DNA of 63,602 nt, filler included, from Globobulimina sp. (GCA_003354225.1; 38 parts of 38 records of this genome joined end to end with filler, not necessarily neighbours in it); one strand, 5' to 3'; positions 33,296 to 46,303 are shown, numbered from the whole stretch's first letter. The notes: a model not told the origin generated them from the letters alone. Numbers and translations are program-made.

Positions 33296-33444
33296 GAATT
33301 TTTGTTGTTCCTCGGCAGAATTGCTCTCGCTCCCTAACAGGGAAATCACTTGGATGTTTTCTTGAAGCAAAGCCATCAGAAATCCCTCCAAAATGTCAAA
33401 ATTGGCTTTATCCCGTAGCACCGTTTTGATGGCCCAATCAAAAC
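33296..33444 (-). CDS. Fragment of bacterial Rpn/PD-(D/E)XK nuclease family putative transposase
   Basis: FDWAIKTVLRDKANFDILEGFLMALLQENIQVISLLGSESN is the typical N-terminus of this bacterial family. Confidence 0.75.
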
Positions 33445-33544
33445 NNNNNNNNNNNNNNNNNNNNNNNNNNNNNNNNNNNNNNNNNNNNTTAATTAATTAA
33501 NNNNNNNNNNNNNNNNNNNNNNNNNNNNNNNNNNNNNNNNNNNN

Positions 33545-35120
33545 CCTCCGCCTAAAACTGTCAGTCAAAATCGTGGCCGGAGCGGTTCCGGCCGTGGGTA
33601 TGGTCATGGCAGAGGTGGTAGATTTCGTAGTCATGGTGGTCGTGTGAATCAAGTAGACACTTCGAACACTTATAATGAAGGTGCCTTCACAGCAGTTTGT
33701 GGGGTTGAATTTCAAAAAGACAAGAAGTATTGGGTGATTGATTCCGGTGCAACTAGACATATGACAGTTGATAAAAATGTTCTGTTTGATTATCATTTAT
33801 TGTCTGTTCCCGAATCTGTGTCCATTGCTGATGGTACTAAATGTAATGCTTTAGGTGTTGGTAAATGTGTAATGTATATACATGTTAGTGATACCAATTC
33901 TGTTAAATGTACTTTACATGATGTACTGTATGTCCCCAATTTGTCAAGTAATTTTTTCTCTGTACGTGCTGCAACACTTTGTGGCAATATTGTTGAATTT
34001 GGTCATTCCAAATGTTGGATCACAACTTCCAAGCAACAGTTAGTTGCTACTGGTCACTTACAAGATCAAATGTATGTTTTGGATTGCCAATCAGTGGAAC
34101 AAGTGAAACCTGATCAAGTGTGTGTTGCAACGACAGAAAGTCAAAAATTGGACTTATGGCATCAACGGCTCGGTCATATTGGTTGTCAATGACTCAAAAA
34201 TGCAGTGAACAAGAATCAGCTCACTGGCATTGACATTCCTTCTCAACAACTCAGTAAAGGAACCTTGTCATTTTGTGATGGCTGTGCCGAAGGAAAAATT
34301 ATACGAAAGCCCTTCAAGCCTATCGGTGAAATCAGATCAACGAGAATCTTAGAACTTGTCCACAGTGATGTTTGTGGTCCAATGAATGTTCAATCACTAG
34401 GTGGAGCAAGATATTTTGCGACATTTACTGATGATTTCAGCCGAATGTGTCAAGTTCACTTTATGCGAAACAAGTCTGAACTTATGGAGAAGTTCAAGTT
34501 GTATGAAGCTTCTGTCTACAATGACTGTGATTGGAAATATCGCATCAAACGCTTCCGTAGTGACAATGGAGGAGAATACACTTCGAAAGAATTTGAAAAT
34601 TATTTGAAGTCGAAGGGGATAAAGCATGAAGTCACCACACCATATACTCCTCAACAAAATGGTGTCGCTGAGAGAATGAACCGAACACTCCAAAATATTG
34701 CCATTGCTCAGGTGTCACATGCCAGTTTGTCGAAAGGTTTTTGGGCAGAGTCAATTGAAAATGCCAATTACATTCGAAATCGGGTGCCCACATCGACTAC
34801 ACAAATGACACCTTATGAACGCTGGTATGGTCGGAAACCAAATGTTAGCTACTTCAAAGTGTTTGGTTGTGTTGCATTTGCTCTCAAACCTGATGTGAAT
34901 CGGAAGAAGTTTGACATGAAATCTGAAAAGCTTCGATTTATTGGATATCCTCGTGGTTCAAAAGGATACAAATTGTGGGATGGAACCAAACATCAAATTG
35001 TAATTCGACGTGATGTGTTGTTCAATGAGAACGAGTTTGATCTATCCAAATGGAGTCCAGTTGATCCCGGTGATCCTCCTGTTGACAGACCTATGGTAAT
35101 TGTACCACCTGCTCAAATAC
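33545..35120 (+). mobile_element. Ty1/copia LTR retrotransposon gag-pol fragment with an in-frame TGA at 34190-34192
   Basis: WVIDSGATRHM (protease), LWHQRLGH, HSDVCGP, RSDNGGEY, QNGVAERMNRTL (integrase). Confidence 0.95.
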
Positions 35121-37449
35121 NNNNNNNNNNNNNNNNNNNNNNNNNNNNNNNNNNNNNNNNNNNNTTAATTAATTAANNNNNNNNNNNNNNNNNNNNNNNN
35201 NNNNNNNNNNNNNNNNNNNNCCACTACAGCCGAAAATGAAAAATGTTTCTACATAATGTTCCTTTTCCATCCCACAGTAACTATGCTCTGCAAACTGCAA
35301 CAAAATACAACAGAGTGACTAAGACTAATCGCGAATATATTAAACTGATGAAAGATATGGAAATATCACAAATGGATCCACCACAAATGATATGTTTTGC
35401 ATTTAATAGTTATGACAGCATCGAATAATTTAAACCTAGTTTTATTAGGATTTAGCATGTTCAGACCATTAATCTGTTTATACGTAAATATATTCTATAG
35501 CAAATCATCGATAGCAAATAAAACATGTTTGTGTTTGAAATGGCCACAGAGGCAAACAACACATACAACAACACAAACACCAAAAAGCAAATATCGCATA
35601 CAATCTAAATACAAAAGAATTTTTGGATTAATGCCATTTATTTGATATGGCAGTGGATATCACAGCATCATACAATGAGAAAGCTGTTCTATTTTGGAAA
35701 GAATATAAATATATTATACAACAAATTGAATTATATGATGGATGATGGGGATCGCCATTGCAAGGCGCCCAAGAAATACCTTTCGATTCTGAAGGGTATA
35801 GAGACTGCGTCACAAACATTACGACAAAATCATCATCCATTGACTAATGAATGAATATTTGTTTAAAATTGATCCTAGCAATACACCAATTTTACAGGAA
35901 TTAAGAAGCTTTTTAGCGGATTTAGCCGTTCATATCAAGTACGAATATGCTAAAAATCATTGCATATTTTTCAAAAGACAAAAAATCATTAAAAAAATTA
36001 TTAAATATCAAATAACTCGCAAAAACACAAAAAAAACAAAAAAAACTCGCAAAAACACAAAAAACTCACTAAAAAACCACTCGAACTAAAAAACCACCCC
36101 AAAAGTCCAAAACAGACAAAATAAAAACAAAAAAAACAAAATTAATCACAAATACAGTAGTGTTCCCGATAAGAGATACGCATATTAGTACTAATATATA
36201 TATATTAGTTGTACTAATATATTTATAAAATGGAGGACCTGTCACGCATAATATATACTAATATATCTAATATATAATATATCGGATGTATCCACACCAA
36301 ACGGACCTAATCATAAATGCCTCATAACACAGCATCTCAAAGAGAAATTTGATTGAAATTAATGAAGTAATCAAGTCATCGGAATTGTGTTTTTGTGGCG
36401 AAATTATTTTTATTCTGATGCAATGTTGAACATTTGGATACATCCGGGAATGTACAAAACAATCCAACCATAAATGCCTCATAACACAGCATATATATTT
36501 AACTTCGAATAGTGATAAATCAAAAACTATTTTTGGAGAAATATTGATATAACACACCAAATGCAGTGGGTTTATGTTATTTAGGCAAGCAATATATGGC
36601 GAATTCATCCGAGTCGATTTTCAGGGTGATATCTGCAATTTTCCATTTAAAAACTGCATTTTCCCCTTTAAAATGTTTTTTTTGAATATAAATCTCGTAA
36701 TATCTGATTGCATACAAAGATGAATTTCCACAACATTTTCCTACTTTTCCTCTCACATTTTTACGACTATCATGTATGACAGATTTTTTCGAAATGNNNN
36801 NNNNNNNNNNNNNNNNNNNNNNNNNNNNNNNNNNNNNNNNTTAATTAATTAANNNNNNNNNNNNNNNNNNNNNNNNNNNNNNNNNNNNNNNNNNNNGTTT
36901 ACTGGAAGAACAAGAGTGTGATAAAACTTTTGCTCACAGGATGTTGATGCGCAGAGCGGGATAAATGAGACATTGTTAGCATGGCTGTTAACATTCAGTG
37001 ATATTATTGGCATTCATAATGGTATCTGAGGGGGTTAACCAATGTGAGATATTTATCATTTTCAATCTTCCTCTTTACTAATCCAATCCATCCAAATCTC
37101 TCCCTCAAATCTCCAATCCTGAATCCTATCAAATTCAATATCAATCAATCCAATATAAATCAATAAATCAATACAATGTATTTAATTTTAAAATTAATCC
37201 AATTCATTTTTATTCCAATCCAAATCCAATTTCCACTCATTTATTTGCTTGAAATTTGGTGGTGTTGACTATCACCAAATGTTTACCATTTCTCATTCTC
37301 AATTCATTCATCTGTTGAATACCAATTACTGGATTGTTTCCTTTTCTTTTTGGCATGGTTGTATCTTCTCGAACTGATTGGAAATTCAAGACTGTTTGAC
37401 AAGTTTCCGAAAAAATCAGCTATGTAAAACACTAGTCAGTCAATCATCA

Positions 37450-38472
37450 ATGTCAACAACCCGTTCACCAGATTGTGTGGATAGCAATTTTAATTTTAAA
37501 CACGGATGGAGTTATACCGGCATACTGGTTGTTATAATATGCGGTTTATGTGTATTTATAGATGCAATTCGACATCGTGAGAAACGTAAAGTGCCCGGCA
37601 AATTAATGATGTCTCGAACCTTTGTAGATGTATTATGGGCACTTATTTTTTTTTATATGATATCTGATGTAGATTGTGATTTTGTGTTTGATCACCCGAA
37701 AACATGTGATTTCCTCGGTACATCGTTTACATTTTTATTTTTGCTCTCTTTGATGTATTTTTCAGGCATTTGTTGGGATATGTACTTCACATTGGTCAAT
37801 CCCTTCAGACGGCCCATCTCCGACTCGTGGCAATTGCACTTATTCTCCATCGTCGTCTCATGCCTTTTATCCCTCATTGTCACAAATACAGACAGGATTA
37901 CCAGATCTGTTGGACCCAAAACACCTCCACCGAGACCTCGCCAAATAATTTGATCATATTATATCTGCCATTGGGCACTGTCATTGTCGGCGGTCTATTG
38001 GTTACAATCTGGGCAATAAAACGACTAAAACAAAGAATGTTGGAGGAAACCTTCGAACTCCGCTGGTCTGTCATCAAAAGACAGATTGCCATCGTTTCCT
38101 TGTTTACAATCAATTATGTGATTGCGGGATGTATTTGGTGGCCCATTGTATGGATCACATTTACACACAAATATGGAGCGTATGGCGCAAACCCCACAAA
38201 ACAACCGTATTTGTTAAGTGTTACTATTGTATTAACCGTCGTATTTGATTTAATTGCATGGATTGCAAAAGATTCATTTGCCATATATTGTAATAAAATA
38301 TTTAAAAATCCCATCAAATCTATGATCACATCATCCACTCACACGCAGCATTCACGTGCGCCTATTATTCAATATTATGTTAACGATAAAGCAGAGCCAT
38401 TATTGTTAAACGAATCGAATAGTGTATCATTAGCACCTCACTCTCACTCTCAATCACACTCTCCCTCTGCGT
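37450..38472 (+). pseudogene. GPCR-like (cAMP-receptor-like) 7TM gene with a frameshift near 37885
   Basis: TM1-4 in one frame (CDFLG, MYFTLVNPF); YRQDYQICW and TM5-7 in another; no intron at the switch. Confidence 0.65.
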
Positions 38473-38572
38473 NNNNNNNNNNNNNNNNNNNNNNNNNNNN
38501 NNNNNNNNNNNNNNNNTTAATTAATTAANNNNNNNNNNNNNNNNNNNNNNNNNNNNNNNNNNNNNNNNNNNN

Positions 38573-40148
38573 GGCTGTCGCATTTCGAAAAGGTAATGAC
38601 TGAATTGCTACGTGCAAAATATCACAATCATTGGTACAAAGATGACCCATCGCGCGGCAGTGGTTATAGAGCCATCTCCAACGAGTATTCCCTCGATCCG
38701 ATCTTAGACAAAGCTGCCAAAGCCGTCTCTCACTCTCTACCAAAGGTACTGTACAACCCTCATTTCCATGCACGAGCACAGCAAACACAAACCCATAAAA
38801 ACAGAACTTAGCGCGCAATGTGTTAACCTCAGACGATCGGTGGTTAGTCATGTTTGTAAATCCCGGTGAGGTGATAGTCCGCGATAAAAAATTTCAGGAA
38901 ATTGCCATTTACGACCAACAAAATCACATTTACAACAAATCCGTCTTATTGGCCAGCTCCCGCAAGAAACGCCACTTAGCCGACCGCGACCCACACAATA
39001 GAACCTACAGCAAATCTGATGACGACACACTCCAAAACGCGGCCGGCGACGCGGACACAAACGAGACCGAAACCAAATCGGTGGGCGAGGACAAATCGAG
39101 CGGCGACATCGATTATAGGCAGTTATTTTTGCAAAACATTCACAACGCGGCCCGCAGGAACAAAGAGAAGGAGATCGAAGCGCATGTACAGGCTTTTAAG
39201 GAGGAAATGCGTTTAAACCATTACAACAATCGCAAGAAATTTGGCCCGTATGATGACGACGAATCGTATTGGAATAAACACAAACACACTCCACATTCGC
39301 TTAAGACCTCGCCCAAGGCGGCCTCGCTCAGTGCGTCGTCGCAGAAAAGAGCGAATCTGGCCACTCCCTCCTCCTCCTCCAAACACGCACAGTCACAGTC
39401 ACAGTCACTGTCACTGTCACCGTCGCAAAACGAAGAGAGTGCGTTCGAGGAATTCAAAGAGGACAAAGCAGGCAACAATATCCTACATATTATGGACGCG
39501 TTACCCGATTTGCACAATGGATATGAGGATTACATGACGCACGTAAACGCCATCAATATCGACACCAATCATAGCAATTATGGCAAACATTTAAAGTCCA
39601 TTTTGAAATCCTGCACGCAGTCACTACGCAACAATCAGTTGCAATGTAAGCATAAAAATGGCGTCAAGCACAAGAATGGCACCACGGCCGGCAATAAGAA
39701 AGCCAATTACAGGATTAGTAAGAATGGCGAATATCCCATCTTGTTCCCGATGAGCTATGCCTCGCCGTCGCCGTCGCCCTCCATCTCGCCGCATGCCTCG
39801 GCCACACCGCCCCATCACGAGGCCCATTCCCACATAATTGCGCAATTAAAGGATTTTGAATTACGTATGAATCAGTCGTCCGACGATGACGATGCTATTA
39901 AGTCGCAATCGCAGCAATCTGATATTGTGTTAAATGCAAATGCTACCTCTACGATATATGGTAATTCAAAGTTAGATAACTCCCAAATCCTACAACAAAT
40001 CCCCCCTATTTTTTATATTTCAGTACGTGTATTTTCGTCTACATTTAAATTTATTTTGTAATATATACAGACTCTCCAACTCCGCCAATCAATGACTATT
40101 TTGATGATCCAATCATAGCAATATAACCTATTATTTTTTACGCTTTTT
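38573..40148 (+). CDS. BTG/Tob family protein with long low-complexity tail; intron 38746-38804 and probable intron near 40023-40070
   Basis: Box A KYHNHWYKDDPSRGSGYRAI and DPIL; box B LVMFVNPGEV. Confidence 0.8.
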
Positions 40149-40345
40149 NNNNNNNNNNNNNNNNNNNNNNNNNNNNNNNNNNNNNNNNNNNNTTAATTAA
40201 TTAANNNNNNNNNNNNNNNNNNNNNNNNNNNNNNNNNNNNNNNNNNNNTGCTTATTCATTCATAAAAACAACAAAAACAAAACACAAAAACAAAAAAAAC
40301 AAAAACAACAAAAAAACAATTTAATACTTTTTATTTAAGAATACA

Positions 40346-41824
40346 TTATAAAAACAACAACAAAACAGCACCAATCATTGCTAAAACAGCCACTTTTTTC
40401 GCTCCCACACCATCACATTCAAATTTCTTATTACATTCATACGCATCATTCCATAATCCAAGCGAATATTTAGTCCAAGCATAGTCTTCATCAAATTTCA
40501 ATTGCAACGCTTGCTTCGTCTCTTTACTCTTATCATCATCGGCCATATGGCTTTTCACTGCCGCATAATAGCGACAATCGCACGCGGTCACCCACTTCCA
40601 ATAATCGCCAATAATATCGCAGACCTCGTACTTATCCGCAGGTAAAGCCTTGCCACACTTCAAATATTTAATAAAATCACTATTCCCCACACCATGGTCG
40701 CCATAGTCGCACTCCATTCTCACCGCCAATAGATCCGCAGCCACGCTATTCGAGTCACAGTCGTTCCACTCACTTTGATCATTGCAATTATCCGTTGTAC
40801 AACAAGAAAAGTTCATATTCACTTTATAAGTCTCACCCAACCACTTATAATTGACACAATCGTACGATTTCACCGTAAAACTCGAGCCTTCGTTATACAA
40901 ACAAAGCGTTCCCGCATCTTCCAACTCAGTTTTACTAAACACCGCTTCGCAAAGATAATTCTGCACACAATCCCAGTTCCCCGCATCCTCAATGTCTTCC
41001 TCCACACACACGACATCCGGGTCATTCTCTGCCGTCATGTCAATTTTGCGGAAACCGCAGTAAGTATCAAACGTGTCATCCCAGCACGTTTGCACATCAT
41101 TAGGCCCATCGGGCACATCCCCGTTACTCTCTTGCATACATTCTAATAAATCATCACTTGCCGTACAATCCGCCTCGTCGCGTTCTTCAGCATCATAGGA
41201 ACTGCAGGCCCGATGTTCAAGATTAACATTATTTATATTCGCTGCCACACAGTCACAATCTACGCAATCATACAACGCATAATCAAACGTACCATCGTCA
41301 GTGTCATACACCGCTTCGTTCCATTCCAAGCCTTTCCATAAATCCGTTAACGAATACGTGCCGCAGGCACAATATGGACAGCTACAAAAATCGTTGTTTA
41401 AGGCCCAGAGATCCGTGATGGACTCATCCGTAGTGTTCCAACAGTCCGCTAACGAATTTGCACATTCATCTAAAAATAAATATTTTAAATTCTCGTTATC
41501 GGTCACATTGACTAAATTTGCGCATTCTAAGCCGAAGCTGGAATTACAGCGACAATATTGGCAATCCACGCCATCGTCGTAAAAAAAGGTGTCACCAAAA
41601 TCATAGTCAGTGTTATCGGACGGGTCTGGCGAGGAACACTCGCCCGTTGGGGCCATCGTTGGCGAGGCGGTCATGTCTGGACATTGGATGTTACTTTCTT
41701 CCAATTCGTCGACTGAATTATAGCCAAAGGTGGACTCTTGGCTGCAATCTCTGGCATACACGTCATCATTGTTGTCATCGTTGAAGAATACGTTACATTC
41801 ACATTCGTAACAGATTTTTACCTC
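40346..41824 (-). CDS. Cys/Asp-rich extracellular protein with C-terminal GPI-like hydrophobic tail, 5'-partial
   Basis: CQYCRC and CVDCDC modules, CCTTDNCN, terminal VAVLAMIGAVLLLFL. Confidence 0.75.
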   Translation of the reverse strand, partial: EVKICYECECNVFFNDDNNDDVYARDCSQESTFGYNSVDELEESNIQCPDMTASPTMAPTGECSSPDPSDNTDYDFGDTFFYDDGVDCQYCRCNSSFGLECANLVNVTDNENLKYLFLDECANSLADCWNTTDESITDLWALNNDFCSCPYCACGTYSLTDLWKGLEWNEAVYDTDDGTFDYALYDCVDCDCVAANINNVNLEHRACSSYDAEERDEADCTASDDLLECMQESNGDVPDGPNDVQTCWDDTFDTYCGFRKIDMTAENDPDVVCVEEDIEDAGNWDCVQNYLCEAVFSKTELEDAGTLCLYNEGSSFTVKSYDCVNYKWLGETYKVNMNFSCCTTDNCNDQSEWNDCDSNSVAADLLAVRMECDYGDHGVGNSDFIKYLKCGKALPADKYEVCDIIGDYWKWVTACDCRYYAAVKSHMADDDKSKETKQALQLKFDEDYAWTKYSLGLWNDAYECNKKFECDGVGAKKVAVLAMIGAVLLLFL

Positions 41825-42199
41825 NNNNNNNNNNNNNNNNNNNNNNNNNNNNNNNNNNNNNNNNNNNNTTAATTAATTAANNNNNNNNNNNNNNNNNNNN
41901 NNNNNNNNNNNNNNNNNNNNNNNNAACTGCGCCAAATCAATGTATAAAATATGTGTTTGTTTATTTGTTTGCACCCGAAATTTCGGGCTCAAACAATAAA
42001 ACTAATTTGTTTACTAAAATGGATCGATTGTACCGGTCCAAAACAAGCGCATATTGTGATAGGATAAATAGTTTTAATAGTTGTATAGGATAAATATAAT
42101 GATATAATGATAAATACAGAGCCATGAAAGTTGACAGAGCCATGAAAGTTGATGAAAGTTTTAAATAACTAAAACAGAAAAAACAAGTCACAAAAACAA

Positions 42200-43120
42200 T
42201 TATATAACCGTAGGTTTTTGCTCTCCATAAATTTGAAACAATTGCTGTTGTCTTTCATGTGTGAAAAAACCATGTTCCATCAGCCATTTCTGTGCCATAA
42301 TGCTCGCTGGATCTTCTTCAAAAAGAGAAGAATAAAAAATTGCCGCGCCACTAAAATCAAAGTCACATAAATGCAATTGGCCAGGTTTAAATTGTGGAAA
42401 TTCACGTTTCCGCAATAAATGTACTAAATTTATATTAATTTCTGGAAAATAATTTTGTTGATGATATATATTCATCGCATCCAAGTCATTTAAATCAAAA
42501 AATTGATGCTGCATAATTTCATGTTCAATTTGTTCGTCTGTGCGATGTAAAATGTCCTTCAAAATATCACATTCTGCACTTAATCTATTTTGTGAAATAT
42601 CATATTGTGCGCAAGTTGAACGGATTGTAATGTAATGATTTCCATGCATTTCAAGTATCATTTGGTCCATAAATATCATATTTGCTATTTCTTGCTCCAT
42701 ATTATTATCATTCGCATATATTTTATACTCATTTCTTGCATCCAATGCAACTTTCCAATAACCTTTGTTTTTATATTTTTTGTTTTTTATTTTATTTATT
42801 ATATATGAAGGCATTTTGATATATCTTTTTTGTGTATCACGGAAAGATACAATTTTTTCAATAGGCAGAAATTCAAATAAATCTGGTTGTAGTAAATAAT
42901 AAAATTCAGTTGTAATGTCTTTTTTTGTCATTGATAATTTCGAGTCTTTTCCAATGATTTCAATAATTCGTAGTTTTAGATGTGTTTTGATGTTATTTTG
43001 TCCATAAAATATTTTGTCAGATGCTAGTTTACCGACATTGGCCACAGTTGTTTGCTTTTGCGCAATGCTCTCGATGAGTATGAACTGTTGTTGCGCTGAG
43101 AGGTTCTTATTTTGTGTCAT
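42200..43120 (-). CDS. Hypothetical protein
   Basis: Complete 306-aa ORF; family not recognised. Confidence 0.55.
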   Translation of the reverse strand: MTQNKNLSAQQQFILIESIAQKQTTVANVGKLASDKIFYGQNNIKTHLKLRIIEIIGKDSKLSMTKKDITTEFYYLLQPDLFEFLPIEKIVSFRDTQKRYIKMPSYIINKIKNKKYKNKGYWKVALDARNEYKIYANDNNMEQEIANMIFMDQMILEMHGNHYITIRSTCAQYDISQNRLSAECDILKDILHRTDEQIEHEIMQHQFFDLNDLDAMNIYHQQNYFPEININLVHLLRKREFPQFKPGQLHLCDFDFSGAAIFYSSLFEEDPASIMAQKWLMEHGFFTHERQQQLFQIYGEQKPTVI

Positions 43121-43984
43121 TATCTAAGCTAAGTCAAAATTAAAAAAATCGATAAAGTTGTCAAATTCGATAAAGCTCAGATTTTGTGAAAACATTTAAC
43201 TTAGTTTGTCCAAATTCTAAACATGATATTTGCAATCTAGGGAGTTTGTAGATATCGACACAACTTTCAAGTGTTGAAAAAAATTGAATATTCGATGAGC
43301 TATGCTCCATTCAAAAATTTTCTGAATTGAGCATTTTTTTGAGTTTTGAAACTGAATATAATAACTGTGCTATATTCCTAAGAATATCTGGACATTTATC
43401 AGTGAATAATAAATGCAATATATTCAAATACTGAAAGCAATATTGTTTGTCATTATTTTCGCAAAATGTCATAAATTTATTATAATTATTGCTTATAATT
43501 NNNNNNNNNNNNNNNNNNNNNNNNNNNNNNNNNNNNNNNNNNNNTTAATTAATTAANNNNNNNNNNNNNNNNNNNNNNNNNNNNNNNNNNNNNNNNNNNN
43601 CGACTGGTTCAAGTTCAACATCACGGTCACGATCGCGATCGCGATCACGTTCACATAAAAAATCAAGACATAAACGGAGATATAAACACTCAAAAAACAG
43701 AAAAACAAAAACTCAAAAATCTGATTTACAATAAAATATATATTTTGTTTTTGACATATAGACTTTTAAGTATTTTACTTTTTGATTTATTTGATTTCAG
43801 TCATCGTATCCCATTGCTACGAATTTGTGTCATTCCAATGTCGCATGATTCGCATCCAATTGCTGTGAATTTGCGTCCAATGAATGATTCGCAGGCAATG
43901 AACAAAGCAAACAATAAATTAAAATCCAATCCGTTTTTACTGACAAACAATGTCAGAATTTTCTGAATAAATATGATGATGCAA

Positions 43985-44270
43985 ATTGGGCGCATATTTT
44001 GAGTGTGTTATGATGGTGATATTGGGCGCATATTTGAGTGAGTTATGATGGTGATATTGGGCGCATATTTGAGTGTGTTATGATGGTGATATTGGGCGCA
44101 AATTTGAGTGAGTTATGACGGTGATATTGGGCGCATATTTGAGTGAGTTATGATGGTGTTATTGGGCGCATATTTGAGTGAGTTTTGATGGTGATATTGG
44201 GCGCATATTTGAGTGAGTTTTGATGGTGATATTGGGCGCAAATTTTGAGTGTGTTAATATTGATGGTGTT
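43985..44270 (+). repeat. Tandem array, ~8 x 35 bp
   Basis: Unit ATTGGGCGCATATTTGAGTGAGTTATGATGGTGAT with few variants and no spacers. Confidence 0.95.
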
Positions 44271-44646
44271 ATTCTGTGCTTGTTTCGCTCGTATTGTTAT
44301 TTATAATGTCTCAAAATCTGCAAACCAAAGAATATAATAACGTAATATTATTACATTACCTGTTTCAGCTCGCATTACGACATTAAACTGTGAGCGCAAA
44401 AACAAAGTTTTAGCTAAAAGATTTAAACAAACATCAAAAAGATCATGCTTGCTAAAGAAACATATTTTAACAATGGAACAAGAATATTGTATTCCGCAAA
44501 TTATTTATGGCGTTTTGGAAACGATTATGGAATTATGATGTGTTTTAATATTAATAGCTCCAAACTGTGCCAAATTAACACTGAGCACTCGTTAACGTCT
44601 GTAGAATGTGTTAATATTAATAAAAAAACATAAATAAAATTATTGT

Positions 44647-45176
44647 ATGTATAAAGTTAAAGACCCTGGCTTTGCCGAAAATTATCTTCAACAAAATGGT
44701 GGTGTGGCAAAACCTTTTGCTTCATTTAAAAAACCAAAACCTTCAATTAGCAAAACTGAAATGAAAGAAGCCGAAGCGAAAGAAAGTTATGTTTCGTCAT
44801 ATTATTTTGTATGTTCTACATGTGTGATGAATGTGAATTACTATGTACAGGTTATGAACAATTACAATCTAAACTTGAAGCAGCAGAAAAAGAAAACTGT
44901 GAAATGAGAGAACAAATAAATAGAAGCAAACGAAGTGGTGATTATGATGATAGATATCATGGGCATAGATCCCGTGGGCATAGATCTCGACATAGATATA
45001 AAAAACGTAGACATCGTAGATATGAACGTTATTCTGATTCAAGCTCCAGATCGAGTTCGACTGGTTCAAGTTCAACATCACGGTCACGATCGCGATCGCG
45101 ATCACGTTCACATAAAAAATCAAGACATAAACGGAGATATAAACACTCAAAAAACAGAAAAACAAAAACTCAAAAA
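44647..45176 (+). CDS. Small basic coiled-coil + Arg/Ser/His-rich protein; intron 44786-44850; ends across the overlap at 43732-43734
   Basis: Spliced EAKES-YEQLQSKLE...SRSRSRSRSHKKSRHKRR...TQKSDLQ*. Confidence 0.55.
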
Positions 45177-45276
45177 NNNNNNNNNNNNNNNNNNNNNNNN
45201 NNNNNNNNNNNNNNNNNNNNTTAATTAATTAANNNNNNNNNNNNNNNNNNNNNNNNNNNNNNNNNNNNNNNNNNNN

Positions 45277-46303
45277 GCGGAGGACCCCGCACTTATTAAA
45301 TCCACATTGTCCACGTATTCATTTGTTTTGCTTTTCCCTTTTCTCCGTACACTTTCCTCTTGTTTTAATTGCAAAAATTCTTCATAAATCTCACATTTTT
45401 CTCTTTTATCCTTCTCATACAATTGCTTGGTTATTTCCTTTGAATTATAATATTTCTTCACTGATTTATGCAAACCTTTGGAATACATTTCAATCACAAA
45501 TGCGTTATCTCTGGCCAGTTGACCCCAATTTGGATTATACAGAGTAGCACAGCCCCATAAAGCGCCCAATCCCACTGCCACGAAAAGTGTTTGGTACCAA
45601 AATAAAACACCTATATACAGTTAACAGTTACATATACATTGAAATTTCTTGCATTTTCAGTACGAGTTACAAAATATAGGCAACCTTCAGATGCGATTTT
45701 AGCGACAACATATCCGCTACATAAGCCAGCAGTGGCTCTCATGTATGGATTTGTGCCCAATGGGAAGCCAAACAAAGCACAGAATGCAGATTCAACCGCC
45801 AATGTAGTGCCACATAGCAATGATAACCGAATGCTCCATTTTCCAACCTCTATAAATAAAGAAGATGCCCACGGATAATCACCGAAATTATTCCACAGTT
45901 TCAATGGGCCCCATTCGTACCATTGGTATGGTTTATAATCATTGGAATATGGCAACCTCACTCTGGTATCAATTGCTTTTGGCAATGTACTGAAGCGTGT
46001 GGTGGCAACTCCTGGTGTTGACAGTGATTGACCTGCAGTGGAGATGAGATTATTTTTTTCCAATAATTTCAACTGAACGGCAAGTGGTTGTTTTCTGACC
46101 CACGCTCTATATCTATGTTGGCGATAAAATGATGCAAACCCGACACCGATACCTGCTATGGCTCCGGCACAGGTCCAGAAAAACATATAATGGCCAATCT
46201 CTCCATCGAGGAAGGTACATCGTGGTTTGTTTTCAAGCTCAGATAATGGGTACGGTAAATTTTTAGATACCGTATCCATTAAAGTGACATCCGAAGTTGT
46301 CAT
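45277..46303 (-). CDS. Tim17/22/23-family-like membrane protein; intron 45611-45684; 3'-partial
   Basis: Four Gly-rich TM segments (GAIAGIGVG, CGTTLAVE, ATAGLCSG, VGLGALWG). Confidence 0.5.

Larger units (their letters stand above)
43601..45176. other. Self-closing contig (119-bp terminal direct repeat): 1457-bp circle or tandem unit
   Basis: 43601-43719 equals 45058-45176. Confidence 0.85.

Noticed and set aside
34190-34192. In-frame TGA in copia pol as recoding or an alternative genetic code
   Set aside because: TGA, TAA and TAG all terminate genes normally elsewhere and Trp is TGG; a single nonsense mutation in a dead element is simpler.
35221-36796. Fragmented ORFs and a 24-bp direct repeat as a mobile element
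   Set aside because: Multiple stops and frameshifts with no recognisable domain, so no call can be supported.
37860-37910. Programmed frameshift in the GPCR-like gene
   Set aside because: No slippery heptamer or downstream structure is evident; a small deletion or assembly error is more likely.
43985-44270. CRISPR array
   Set aside because: The 35-bp units are contiguous with no unique spacers, and there are no cas genes.
26840-45176. Near-equal size of the two self-closing units (1458 and 1457 bp) as a shared minicircle class
   Set aside because: Equal size is forced by length sorting of the contigs, and I see no shared sequence between them.
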